Shown: positions 38,696-49,475, counted from the first letter of the stretch. The stretch: DNA of 64,000 nucleotides from Capsulimonadaceae bacterium (GCA_965215505.1 OZ244065.1:2976001-3040000), one strand, 5' to 3'. Notes: a model not told the origin generated them from the sequence alone. Program-made: numbers and translations.

Positions 38696-39256
38696 ATGAA
38701 CATGGCCGAATGGGAGGATGACGATCATCTGGCGGTGCGCTGCCAGTCGGAGGGGGACTCCCGTGCGCTGGAAACCCTGTTCCGCCGCCACATCGAGGCG
38801 ACTTATGCCTTCGCCCGGCGCTTCCTGCCGACACGCGAGGACGCCGAGGAGGCCGCCTCGGAGACGTGGCTGCGGGCGGGCCGCGCGCTCAGGGCCGGGA
38901 ACTGGCGCGGCGAGAGCCGCTTCAAGACCTGGCTGCTCGGCATCGCCCGGCGCGTCTGCCTGGAGCGGCTGCGCCAGCCGCGCCTCCCCACCCTCTCGCT
39001 CTCGGGGCTGACCGAGCGGGGCGACTGGGTGCTGTTCTCGCCCGGCCCGGAGGCCGTGTCGGACTTGGATGAGGCTCTGGCCTCGCTCTCCGACGACCAC
39101 CGGCTGGTCCTGACCCTGTGCGACCTGCAAGGCCAGACGGCCGCCGAGGCCGCCGGGATTCTGGGCCGGACGGCATCGGCCACGAAGTCTCTGCACGGGC
39201 GCGCCCGCCGCGCCCTGCGGGACGCGCTTGAAGCATTACGGAAAGAGGACTCATGA
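38696..39256 (+). CDS. ECF RNA polymerase sigma factor
   Basis: Region 2 DAEEAASETW...FKTWLLGIARR; region 4 LSDDHRLVLTL...EAAGILG...KSLHGRARRAL. Confidence 0.9.
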   Translation: MNMAEWEDDDHLAVRCQSEGDSRALETLFRRHIEATYAFARRFLPTREDAEEAASETWLRAGRALRAGNWRGESRFKTWLLGIARRVCLERLRQPRLPTLSLSGLTERGDWVLFSPGPEAVSDLDEALASLSDDHRLVLTLCDLQGQTAAEAAGILGRTASATKSLHGRARRALRDALEALRKEDS

Positions 39257-39531
39257 CCGAGGACGAGCGGGACGAGATGATTGACCTGTATGTTGACGAC
39301 GCCCTGCCTGAGTCATTGCGGGCGCGCGTGGAGGAGCATCTGAACGCGCACCCGGAAGAGGCCGCCGATGCTGCCGCCCTGCGCGCGACCGTCGCCCGTC
39401 TTCAGGCGGCCCCGGCCGAGCGGCCCGACGAGTGGTTCGTCGAGCGTGCCCTAGACCGCCTGCTGCGCGAACACAGTGAGGCGCAGCCGACCGTCCGAGC
39501 AGGGAGAGGCGGCATCAGAACGAGTGATTGA
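39253..39531 (+). CDS. Putative anti-sigma factor (degenerate ZAS-like)
   Basis: ATGA overlap with sigma; DLYVDDAL...VEEHLNAHPE (HxxxCxxC-like, Cys absent). Confidence 0.7.
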   Translation: MTEDERDEMIDLYVDDALPESLRARVEEHLNAHPEEAADAAALRATVARLQAAPAERPDEWFVERALDRLLREHSEAQPTVRAGRGGIRTSD

Positions 39532-39649
39532 AATCACTCGCTGATTGAAGAAGCGTCCAGGGGACGCGTGAGCGGCAAAGGCCATTGCCGCGTCCTAGTT
39601 TTCTGTCCCCTGGACAGATCCAGCGACAGCGAGTGATTTCATTCACTCG
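39521..39649. repeat. REPIN-like element, family A (copy 3)
   Basis: CGAGTGATTGAAATCACTCG...GTCCAGGGGAC...GTCCCCTGGAC...CGAGTGATTTCATTCACTCG. Confidence 0.85.
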
Positions 39650-39697
39650 TCCTTAGTGCGTCCCTCTCGTCCCTGACAGCGCGGCACATCACGCACC

Positions 39698-41761
39698 ATG
39701 CTACTCTACGCCGTCACCATCTTCCTGAGCGCCTTCCTGCTGTTCCAGATCGAGCCGATCATCGCCAAGAGCATCGTGCCGTGGTTCGGCGGGTCGGCGG
39801 CGGTCTGGACGACCTGCCTGCTGTTCTTCCAGCTCGTCCTGCTGGGCGGCTATCTCTACGCACACGGGACGATCAGATATTTACAGCCCAAAGCACAGGC
39901 GCGGCTGCACATCGGGCTGCTGGCCCTGAGCCTGCTGGCCCTCCACGTCCTGCCGCGCGAGAGCCTGAAGCCGACGGGGGCCGAGGAGCCGACGCGGGCG
40001 ATCCTGCTGCTGCTGCTGGCGACGGTCGGGCTGCCGTACCTGCTGCTGTCCACGACCGGGCCGCTGCTCCAGGCCTGGTACGCCGCCCGGCCCCCGGCGG
40101 GTCAGGCGGCGGCCTTCCCGTACCGGCTGTACGCGCTGTCAAACTTCGGCTCTTTGCTTGCCCTGCTCTCCTACCCTGTGGCGGTAGAGCCGGTCCTGAC
40201 GATTCGGCAGCAGGGATTGCTTTGGTCGGTCGGCTATGCCGCCTTCGCCGCGCTGTGCGGCGTCGTCGCCTGGCGGTCGCAGTCGGGGATGAGGGCGCGG
40301 ACAGAAGAAGGCACGGAAGACGCGCCCGCGCCGGGCTGGGGGCTGTCCCTCGTCTGGGTCGCCCTGGCCGCCGTCGCCTCGGCCCTGCTGCTGGCCGTGA
40401 CGAACTACCTGACCCAGAACGTCGCCGCCATCCCGTTCCTGTGGGTGCTGCCGCTCTCGCTCTATCTGCTGACCTTTATCGTCTGCTTCGGCGGCAAGGG
40501 CTGGCGCTGGACGCCCGCCTTCCTGCCGCTGCCCGCGCTGGCAATTGCGGCGATGAGCTACGCCCTGTCGCCGGACTTGCAGGAGGCCAGCACGGGCATC
40601 GCCGTCCTGGTGCCGCTGTTCTGCGGCGGGCTGTTCGTCTGCTGCCTGCTCTGCCACGGAGAGTTGTCCCGCCTGAAACCGCCCCCGCGCCACCTGACGC
40701 AGTTTTACTTGATGGTTTCCATCGGCGGCGCGGCGGGCGGCCTGTTCGTCGGGCTGCTCGCGCCCACGCTGTTTCGCGGCTCGTATGAGTTGCCCATCAC
40801 GCTGGCCGCCTGCGGCGTGGTCGCCCTGCTGGCCCTGTACCGCGAGACAGGCGAGGGGCTGGCCCGGCAGCTCACACAGCCCTCGTTCCTGGTCATGGCG
40901 GCGCTCACGGTGGGCCTAATGGTCTTCCTGACGCACACGGTCAAGCAGATCACGGACGGCAACCGAGTCATCGCGCGCAACTTCTACGGCGTCCTGCGCG
41001 TCGTGGACCCTGACGACCCGGCGGCGTTGGGCGCAACGCGGTCGCTGGCAAACGGCATGATCAACCACGGCGAGCAGTTCCTGGACCCCAAGCGGGCGAT
41101 GACGCCGACCACCTATTACGGCCCACAGTCGGGCATCGGCATGGCGATCAAGGAAGCGCAGGCGCATGGGCCGGTCCATGTCGGGGTGATCGGCCTGGGC
41201 ACGGGGACGATCGCCGCCTACGGCCGTGCGGGAGATGCCTATGAGTTCTACGACATCAACCCTCTGGTGATCACGCTGGCCCGGACGCAGTTCACGTTCC
41301 TGTCGGGTTCCAAGGCCGCCGTCTCGGTGGTCGCGGGCGACGCCCGGCTGTCATTGGAGCGGCAGCCGCCACAGGGCTTTGACGTGCTGGCAGTGGACGC
41401 CTTCTCGGGGGACGCTATCCCCGTCCACCTGCTGACGAAAGAAGCCTTCGCGCTCTACTTCCGACACCTGAAGCCGGGCGGCGTGCTGGCCGTCCACGTC
41501 TCGAACCGCTATTTGGCCCTCGCCCCGGTCGTCGCCTCGGACGCTCGGGCGCTGGGCATGGAGGCCCGCGTGGTCAGCAGCGGGTCCGACGAGGCCGACG
41601 ACACGAGTGACGCCGAATGGGTGCTGGTATCCGCCCGGCCCGCCTTCTTCCGGTCGCCGCTGCTGGCGGCGGCGACCGTTCCTGAGACACGGCCCGGCCT
41701 GCGCGCGTGGACCGACGATTACAGCAACCTTTACTCGATCCTCAAAAAGCCGGGCGAGTAG
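39698..41761 (+). CDS. Fused MFS-like/spermidine-synthase-like membrane methyltransferase
   Basis: FLSAFLLFQIEP, VGVIGLGTGT, GDARLSL, DAFSGDAIPVHLLT, WTDDYSN. Confidence 0.88.
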   Translation: MLLYAVTIFLSAFLLFQIEPIIAKSIVPWFGGSAAVWTTCLLFFQLVLLGGYLYAHGTIRYLQPKAQARLHIGLLALSLLALHVLPRESLKPTGAEEPTRAILLLLLATVGLPYLLLSTTGPLLQAWYAARPPAGQAAAFPYRLYALSNFGSLLALLSYPVAVEPVLTIRQQGLLWSVGYAAFAALCGVVAWRSQSGMRARTEEGTEDAPAPGWGLSLVWVALAAVASALLLAVTNYLTQNVAAIPFLWVLPLSLYLLTFIVCFGGKGWRWTPAFLPLPALAIAAMSYALSPDLQEASTGIAVLVPLFCGGLFVCCLLCHGELSRLKPPPRHLTQFYLMVSIGGAAGGLFVGLLAPTLFRGSYELPITLAACGVVALLALYRETGEGLARQLTQPSFLVMAALTVGLMVFLTHTVKQITDGNRVIARNFYGVLRVVDPDDPAALGATRSLANGMINHGEQFLDPKRAMTPTTYYGPQSGIGMAIKEAQAHGPVHVGVIGLGTGTIAAYGRAGDAYEFYDINPLVITLARTQFTFLSGSKAAVSVVAGDARLSLERQPPQGFDVLAVDAFSGDAIPVHLLTKEAFALYFRHLKPGGVLAVHVSNRYLALAPVVASDARALGMEARVVSSGSDEADDTSDAEWVLVSARPAFFRSPLLAAATVPETRPGLRAWTDDYSNLYSILKKPGE

Positions 41762-41809
41762 CCCGGCATCCACACCGAATTCAGACGATTCAAAGGAGAC
41801 TTCACCACC

Positions 41810-43009
41810 ATGGCCGCAAAGACGATCACCCCCGGACTGCTCCGGGCCACCTCCCCCCGCAAGGAACTCTTCGAGGGCATCCAGACGGTCGGCAAGGCCG
41901 TCGCCACCCGCTCGTCACTGCCGATCCTCACCCACGTCCGCATCGCTGCCAAGGACGGCAAGCTCTCGATGATGGCGACCGACCTGGAGATGTGGATGGA
42001 ACACACCCTGCCCGGCATCGGCATCATGGAGGACGGCGCGGCGACCGCGCCCGCCCGCAACTTCACCGAGCTTCTGGCCGCCATGCCCGACGCGGACGTG
42101 TCCGTGACGGTCGAGGACGACACCAACACCCTCCACCTGCGCTGCCTCAAGGCCAACTACAAGCTGCTCGGCCTCAGTGCCGACGAGTTCCCCCTGCTGC
42201 CGCAAGTGAAAGAAGACTCCCGCTTCGTCATGGACCGCGAAACCCTGCGGGACGCCATCAAGCAGACCATCTTCGCCACCTCCACCGACGAGACCCGCGC
42301 CATCCTCACCGGCGTCCTGGTCGTCTTCCAGGGCGACAGCCTGCGCCTGGTCGCCACCGACACCCACCGCCTGGCCGTCCGCGACTGCCCCGTCAAGGAG
42401 GGGTCGGGCAGCGCCAGCGCCATCGTCCCGTCGCGCGCCATGAACGAGCTTCTCCGCATCATCGGCAACGAGGAGGGTGAAGTCGTGGTGACTCTCTCCG
42501 GCAACCAGATCCAGTTCCAGATCGAGAACGGCGGCGGCAAGGGCGAAGGAGGCGAGAAGGGCGACGGGCAGGGCAGCAAGACGACCCTGATCTCGCGCCT
42601 GATCGACGGCCAGTTCCCGAACTACGAGCGCGTCATCCCCGCCCAGGCCACCAAGACCCTGACCGTCGAGCGCGCCCCCTTGGCCGCCGCCGTCAAGCGC
42701 GCCTCCATCGTCGCCCGCGACTCGGCCAGCCGGGTCGTCCTGCGGACGACCGAGGACGGCGACCGGCTGACCATCACGGCGGAGAGCGGGAGCGTCGGCA
42801 ACGCCTACGAGGAGGTGGAGGTGGCCCGCGCGGGCGACGCCAGCCCGGTGGAGATCGCCTTCAACGCCAAGTACCTGGCCGACGTGCTGAACGTGCTGGA
42901 CACCGAGGGCCTGCACATCGAGCTGACCGAGCCGCTGCGGCCCGGCGTCATCCGCCCCACCGACGACGCCGACTATTTGTGCGTCCTGATGCCGATGCAG
43001 GTGGTATAA
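41810..43009 (+). CDS. dnaN: DNA polymerase III beta clamp
   Basis: ATDLE, ATDTHRLA, SRLIDGQFPNYERVIP, IAFNAKYL, VLMPMQV. Confidence 0.96.
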   Translation: MAAKTITPGLLRATSPRKELFEGIQTVGKAVATRSSLPILTHVRIAAKDGKLSMMATDLEMWMEHTLPGIGIMEDGAATAPARNFTELLAAMPDADVSVTVEDDTNTLHLRCLKANYKLLGLSADEFPLLPQVKEDSRFVMDRETLRDAIKQTIFATSTDETRAILTGVLVVFQGDSLRLVATDTHRLAVRDCPVKEGSGSASAIVPSRAMNELLRIIGNEEGEVVVTLSGNQIQFQIENGGGKGEGGEKGDGQGSKTTLISRLIDGQFPNYERVIPAQATKTLTVERAPLAAAVKRASIVARDSASRVVLRTTEDGDRLTITAESGSVGNAYEEVEVARAGDASPVEIAFNAKYLADVLNVLDTEGLHIELTEPLRPGVIRPTDDADYLCVLMPMQVV

Positions 43010-43020
43010 GCAGGACTGAA

Positions 43021-43050
43021 AACGGGGGCGCAGTGATCTGTGCCCCCGTT
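43021..43050 (+). terminator. Hairpin/terminator after dnaN
   Basis: AACGGGGGCGCAG...CTGTGCCCCCGTT. Confidence 0.55.
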
Positions 43051-43150
43051 CTCATGCTTGCCGCTTTCTCGGTTTCCTGAAGAAACCTGCTGACTGTTCC
43101 TCAGCATTCTTCCGCTGACTGTTCCTCAGCATTCTTCCCCTGAAGAGCGG

Positions 43151-44074
43151 CTAGTCCGGATCGGCCTGGACCGTGAAGTAGGAAAGTACGTTGAAGCCCA
43201 TCGTGTCGGTGAGGTTGCTCTGGTGGCCCGCAATGGTGTCCAGGCGCATGGACTTGACGTGGCCGTCACACCAGAGGACGTTGCAGCGGCCGTTGTGACG
43301 CGCCACCAGGTTACCCAGCTTCTGGTAGCCGTGCCACATGGATATCGGGGGGGCGGTGTCGCTGAACTGGCCGCGCTGCTCGCCCAGGGAAACCACGCCA
43401 TAGCCGTCGGCGGAGAACGCGCCGTCGCTGTCGGCCACCCAGACCGTCGTCGCGGGTGACTCCAGCCGGTTCAGGCTGTAGACATCGGGCGGGGAGGCGT
43501 CGCTGACCGGCGGCCGGGCCGCGCCGTGGTAGGCGCTGTAGTAGGCGGAGTTCATGCAGTAGGAGCCGAAGCGGAAGGTCGGGACGCCGTCGGCGAGCTG
43601 TGTCCACGGCACATAAGAGCCGAAGGAGTTCGGCCCCGCCGTCCGGGGGGCGGCGGGCGTCCGGCTCGAGAGCCAAACATCGGCGGGATTGAGGGAGTCG
43701 CTGGCGTCGCCCTGGTCGGGGCAGTTGAAGACCGCCGCGCTCTTGACGAACGGCTGGATGGCGTCCATCCACTGATAGTGCTGGCCCGCCGCGTCCCCGG
43801 CGGGCGACTCGCGCCCGCCGCCGATGAAAGCACCGTAATAGTGGTTGACCATGGCCTCGTCGTTGTCCTGCGAGTACTGGGTCAGGGCCAAACCGATCTG
43901 TTTGAGGTTGGACTCGCAGGAGATGGCGCGGGCGTTCTCGCGGACCTTCTGGAAGACCGGGAACAGGATGGCGGCGAGAATCGCGATGATGGCGATGACG
44001 ACGAGCAATTCGATCAGGGTGAAGCCTCGGGACGGCTTCAGGGCGCACTTCAGGTTTTTCGGGCGTTTCGACAT
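43151..44074 (-). CDS. Prepilin-type N-terminal / DUF1559 H-X9-DG protein
   Basis: [41 protein letters not shown]. Confidence 0.9.
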   Translation of the reverse strand: MSKRPKNLKCALKPSRGFTLIELLVVIAIIAILAAILFPVFQKVRENARAISCESNLKQIGLALTQYSQDNDEAMVNHYYGAFIGGGRESPAGDAAGQHYQWMDAIQPFVKSAAVFNCPDQGDASDSLNPADVWLSSRTPAAPRTAGPNSFGSYVPWTQLADGVPTFRFGSYCMNSAYYSAYHGAARPPVSDASPPDVYSLNRLESPATTVWVADSDGAFSADGYGVVSLGEQRGQFSDTAPPISMWHGYQKLGNLVARHNGRCNVLWCDGHVKSMRLDTIAGHQSNLTDTMGFNVLSYFTVQADPD

Positions 44075-44086
44075 GGTGTTCTCTTT

Positions 44087-45346
44087 CTAGCGGGTGCGGT
44101 CGTGCGACGACAGGAGGGCGCGTGGGACCAGCGGCAGGGCGAGTAGGGCCAGCGCGGTCGTCCCCGCGCTCAGGCAGATCAGGGCGGGCAGCGCGACGTG
44201 CAGATGCTCGTAGAGCCACGACCCCAGGATGTCAGAGCCAGTGCCGCCGAGGTTCGCGGCGCTCATCAGCAGCGAATAAGACATGGCCTCGGCCCCGCGC
44301 GGCGAGGCCCGGCCCGCCAGGTCCATCAGGGCGACCGACACCATGACGCCCAGCAGGCCGCTCACCCCCTGGATGGCGATGGCCGTGCCGTGCGAGTGGT
44401 AGCCCAGGAACAGCAGAGTGCCCCCCGCGCTCAGGACGATCCCGGCCGTCAGCAGCCGGGCCAGCGGCAGGCGCGTGCATAGCCAGGCGTAGGTCAAGGC
44501 CCCCGCGATGGCGGCGGCGTTATAAAGCCCGCCGAGCCAGCCAATGAACTTGGGGCTGAAGTGCAGGGTGTTGGTCTGATAGAAGAAGAGCGGCGTCCCG
44601 AAGCCCGGCGACAGGTCCTTCAGGAAGATGAAGGCGGCGGCCAGCCACAGGGCGCGCGAGGACAGGACGGGCCGCAGGCTCGCCCAGACCTCCGCCCCCG
44701 AGACGCGCGCCCGGCCGCTCTCGTGACGCTCCGGCAGCAGGAACAGGGCGGCAGGGACCAGCCCCAGGAATAGGACGGCCCCGATGCCGCAGGTCAAGCC
44801 GAAGGAGTGCCCGACGAGGTATCCGCCGACGGGCTGGGCGACGAGGATGGTCCCGGCGATGATCGTCTCGCGCAGCGACCCCATGCGCCCGGTCCAGCCC
44901 TGCCGCTGGCCCGCCTCCACCAGCAGGCCGCCCGACACGCTGCTGGCAAGGACGGCGAAGGCGTTGGCCCCGATCAGCACCCAGAGGAGCGGCGCGTACT
45001 GTCGCGGGACGAAGGCCAGCAAGGCCCAGAATCCTCCCGCCGCCAGGCCGCTGAGGATCAGGTAATTGCGCCGCCGCGATCCCCACAGGGGCACGACGTC
45101 GGAGAGCAGCCCGGCGACCGGCTTGAAGTACCAGGCGAGGCTGGTCAGCCCGAAGAAGGCGGCCATCGCGGTCGGCCCGAGGTGCAGGTGGTTCTTCAGC
45201 AGATACTGGAGCGGCAGCTTGGCGTGCCGGCTGTCGCTGACGAAGGTGGAGACGAGCAGGCCCACCACGATCATCGCCATCAGGTGCCGGTGCCGACTCT
45301 GCGGCTCCAGGAACGTCTCGGCATTCGTGGAAGCGGTCACAGCCAT
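44087..45346 (-). CDS. MFS transporter (BT1 folate/biopterin-like)
   Basis: WYFKPVAGLLSD..PLWGSRRRNY; about 12 TM segments. Confidence 0.8.
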   Translation of the reverse strand: MAVTASTNAETFLEPQSRHRHLMAMIVVGLLVSTFVSDSRHAKLPLQYLLKNHLHLGPTAMAAFFGLTSLAWYFKPVAGLLSDVVPLWGSRRRNYLILSGLAAGGFWALLAFVPRQYAPLLWVLIGANAFAVLASSVSGGLLVEAGQRQGWTGRMGSLRETIIAGTILVAQPVGGYLVGHSFGLTCGIGAVLFLGLVPAALFLLPERHESGRARVSGAEVWASLRPVLSSRALWLAAAFIFLKDLSPGFGTPLFFYQTNTLHFSPKFIGWLGGLYNAAAIAGALTYAWLCTRLPLARLLTAGIVLSAGGTLLFLGYHSHGTAIAIQGVSGLLGVMVSVALMDLAGRASPRGAEAMSYSLLMSAANLGGTGSDILGSWLYEHLHVALPALICLSAGTTALALLALPLVPRALLSSHDRTR

Positions 45347-45682
45347 CGGGCGATCCCTCTTACTTCTACTTGCTCGGAGTCGTGCGGCCAGAGGGCCGGG
45401 TGCGTCAGGGCGGGGGCGTGATACAATGGCCGGGAAAGGCCGGGAAGCGGGTTAAGAAGACTAAGGAAAAGACCAGGCAAACGCCGGTCGGTCGTCGGCA
45501 CGGGGCCAAAGCGTGGCATGTCGGCGGTCGCGATCTAAGGAGAACTGTCTCCGGCGTCTGTCCCCTCGGGACACGGCATTATACCCCCTCTTCCCGCCGC
45601 TAAACCTCCCCAAACCCTGTCCGCGCGTGGACTTTTCCGCGCCGCGCAAGGCTTCCCCGTGCGGGCCGGGTACAATCCCCCC

Positions 45683-46909
45683 ATGAAGATCGTGCAGCTA
45701 GACATCCAGGGCTTCCGCTCCCTCAAAAACGTCTCCTGGCGTCCGGGCGACTTGAACGTCATCATCGGCCCCAACGGCAGCGGCAAGTCAAACCTGCTGC
45801 GGATGCTGGAGATGATCTCGGCGGCGGCACAGGGGCGGCTGAGTAGATTCATTCAGGCTGAAGGCGGGTTTGGAGCGGTACTTTGGGATGGTCAAGCTGA
45901 GAGCATCAAGTTTTCTGTAGCAATGTCCCAGATGCACACGGCCCCTCCTACCCCACTGGAGGTGGTTGAAGTCATTCCTGATCATCCAACAACGCCACCT
46001 CGTTTCGCTTACAACATTGAGTTGTTGCCCTCTGGAAAAGGGGCAAGTTACCGCGTGGGACAGGAACAATTGCAAGATTGAAGAAAATCACCTGGACTAT
46101 CTAACGAGGCATGGGTTGATTGCTCAGGCGTATACCAAAAATGGACGGATCCCTATTGACCAGACTATATCAATGAGGAAGAAGCCATTCTGCCTACAAC
46201 AATCTCACCTTACGGTGAGTTTGACGAAAAGCAATCTCTAATCTCGTCTGTCGCAGCCTGGTCTCTTTATCCTACCTTTCGTACCGACAAAGACGCGCCC
46301 ATCCGTCAAGCGCCAGTGTCACGTCTTGAACAGCGCCTGGCCTCGGACGGACAGAACCTCATCAACGTCCTGCACACGCTCTACACCCGCGACCGCCAGT
46401 TCAAACAGGACATCGATAATGCCATGTCTGCGGCGTTCGGCGAAGATTTCGATCAGCTAGTGTTTCCACCGGACGCAGGCGACCAGCGGATACAGATGCG
46501 GCTGCGCTGGAAATCACTTAAACGAGAACAGTCGAGCGCCGACCTGTCCGATGGCACTTTGCGCTTCCTGTTTCTGATGACGGTCTTTGCCAGCCGCAAC
46601 CCGCCGCCACTCATCGCCATTGACGAACCCGAGACGGGCCTGCATCCGTCCATGATGCCGATCATCGCCGAGTTCGCGGCGGATGCGGCTACGCGAACGC
46701 AGGTCATCTTCACGACGCACTCCGACCGGTTTCTAGACGCCTTTCGGGACACGAAGCCGACAGCAACCGTGGCGAGGTTGGAGAACGGCGAAACCGTTCT
46801 AAAGACGATTTCCGGCGAGACGCTGGATTACTGGCTGCAAGAATATTCGCTCGGCAGCCTCTTCCGCTCCGGCGAGCTTGAGGATAATGAACTTCATCCT
46901 CTTTACTAA
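45683..46909 (+). pseudogene. Disrupted AAA/ABC ATPase (AAA_21-like)
   Basis: Walker A GPNGSGKSN in first ORF; LSDGTLRF, IDEPETGLHP, TTHS in second ORF; both in one frame, separated by two TGA codons. Confidence 0.8.
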
Positions 46910-47027
46910 ACTTGACCCATCTATCGCATACGGCAAGTGCCCCCGCCTGAAGGCGCTGCCGGACGAGATGCTGCTGCTCGCCCGGCAGGCCGGCCTCTCC
47001 GAAGCCCTAGTGTCACACCCCCTGTGA
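46887..47027 (+). pseudogene. Probable internally deleted DUF4276 partner gene
   Basis: Manual translation MNFILFT-KLDPSIAYGKCPRLKALPDEMLLLARQAGL...; overlaps ATPase end; family assignment from memory. Confidence 0.5.
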
Positions 47028-47128
47028 CACACTTCACGCGCGGCCTGTGACACAAGGCCCGTCCTTCCGCCTCCCCAGCGTCCATACTGTCCCCAACCGC
47101 ACGAAATCGGAACAAGGGGGACGGGGCA

Positions 47129-47311
47129 ATGGTGACGATGAAATGGGCGCGAGACGAGCAGGGCCGGCCGGTGCCGATCTGGAAGGCGGAAGCGCCGTCA
47201 GCGGCGCAGGCGCAGGCATTCGGGACGCACTATCGCAAGGCCGCACGCCCGGCGAACCGTGTGCGCCCCATGGTACGGTGTCCCCTCCGGATGACCGCCG
47301 CCGCGAAGTGA
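47129..47311 (+). CDS. Small basic hypothetical protein
   Basis: 60-aa ORF with upstream CATACT -10 and downstream terminator. Confidence 0.4.
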   Translation: MVTMKWARDEQGRPVPIWKAEAPSAAQAQAFGTHYRKAARPANRVRPMVRCPLRMTAAAK

Positions 47312-47368
47312 GGCGCGCGCAACAGAGTGAGGCGCGCGCAACAGAGTGAGGCACGCAAGACAGAGTGA
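47307..47368. repeat. 19-bp tandem repeat x3
   Basis: AGTGAGGCGCGCGCAACAG x2 plus degenerate third copy. Confidence 0.8.
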
Positions 47369-47376
47369 CGCGATGA

Positions 47377-47412
47377 AACCCCCGATGCCTGCATCGGGGG
47401 TTGGTTTGTTTT
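47377..47412 (+). terminator. Intrinsic terminator
   Basis: AACCCCCGATGC...GCATCGGGGGTT followed by T-rich tail. Confidence 0.7.
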
Positions 47413-47561
47413 ACGCCCCAAAGCCGGCAGGAATCGCCGGGGTTAAAGGTGAACCGTGGGGGGAATAAGCGGGTAACGCGGAAAGTCAAGGAAGCGTATA
47501 CTGGATTTCAGGCGGCAGCGACCAACAGCGCCGAGCGTCCGTCACCCCGGAGGAGTTTTGC

Positions 47562-48617
<1,056 letters not shown>

Positions 48618-48625
48618 GGGACGCT

Positions 48626-49039
48626 TTGGACAAACTCTGGGCGAACCTGCACGGCGGCAGTACGCACTTCCCGATTGCCCTGATGATCGCCTCCTTCCTG
48701 TTCGACGCATTGGCCTATGTCCGGCGCGAGCCGTACAAGCGGGATCTGCACGTCGCCGGCTTCTACACATTGCTGCTGGGCGCTCTGGCAACCCTGGTGG
48801 CGACGTTGTCGGGGCTTGCGATCTCGGCCTGGGTGTTCTTCGGGAACGGAACGCTGGCAAAGCACCACGACTTCGTCTGGCCCGCCTTCGGCCTGATGAT
48901 CGCCCTGGCCGTCTGGCGGCTGGTCGTGCGCGAACAGGCCACGCGGCCCGCGTTCGCCGTCTACCTGGTCGCGGCGGGCGTGACGGCGGGGCTGATGGCG
49001 GCGGCCGGGTACTTCGGCGGCGAGTTGCTGGGGGCTTAG
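48626..49039 (+). CDS. DUF2231-like membrane protein
   Basis: LHGGSTHFPIAL, four TM segments, C-terminal GYFGGEL. Confidence 0.75.
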   Translation: MDKLWANLHGGSTHFPIALMIASFLFDALAYVRREPYKRDLHVAGFYTLLLGALATLVATLSGLAISAWVFFGNGTLAKHHDFVWPAFGLMIALAVWRLVVREQATRPAFAVYLVAAGVTAGLMAAAGYFGGELLGA

Positions 49040-49064
49040 GAAAAGTCCTGGAAAGAACAAAGCA

Positions 49065-49475
49065 ATGGCGCGTGAACTCAAGGGACTAGTGGCCGGGCTT
49101 GCCGCCGGGCTTGGTGTGGTTGGCCTCGCCTACGGCGCGTCCGCTGTGGGGACACATTTCGTGTCCGCCGAGACGAAACAGGCGGAGGCGAAGCAGGCCG
49201 TTCCGTCCGAGAAACGCCCCCCGGCGGGCGGGCAGACGGCGAGCGCGCAGCTCGTCGCCACGGGCCGCACCCTGTATCTGGGCGACTGCGCGGGCTGCCA
49301 CGGTCAGCAAGGCCAGGGCCAGATCGGCCCCAAGCTGCTGCATTTGGGCGACCCGGACGACAAGGTCAGGCGAAACATCGCGAACGGTTTCCCGCCCAGA
49401 ATGCCCGGCTTCAAGAGCCAGTACAGCGACGCGCAGCTCACGGCGGTCGTCGCCTACGTTCAATCGTTAGAGTAG
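49065..49475 (+). CDS. Monoheme cytochrome c
   Basis: N-terminal anchor, CAGCH, GPKL, MPGF. Confidence 0.9.
   Translation: MARELKGLVAGLAAGLGVVGLAYGASAVGTHFVSAETKQAEAKQAVPSEKRPPAGGQTASAQLVATGRTLYLGDCAGCHGQQGQGQIGPKLLHLGDPDDKVRRNIANGFPPRMPGFKSQYSDAQLTAVVAYVQSLE

Noticed and set aside
43089-43138. 25-bp duplication between dnaN and the DUF1559 gene
   Set aside because: Only two copies; looks like a simple local duplication
45347-45600. Riboswitch in the long leader of the BT1-like MFS gene
   Set aside because: No recognisable aptamer consensus
46079-46160. TGA recoding (selenocysteine or Trp) in the split ATPase
   Set aside because: TGA is an ordinary stop elsewhere in the window; compensating frameshifts explain the pattern better
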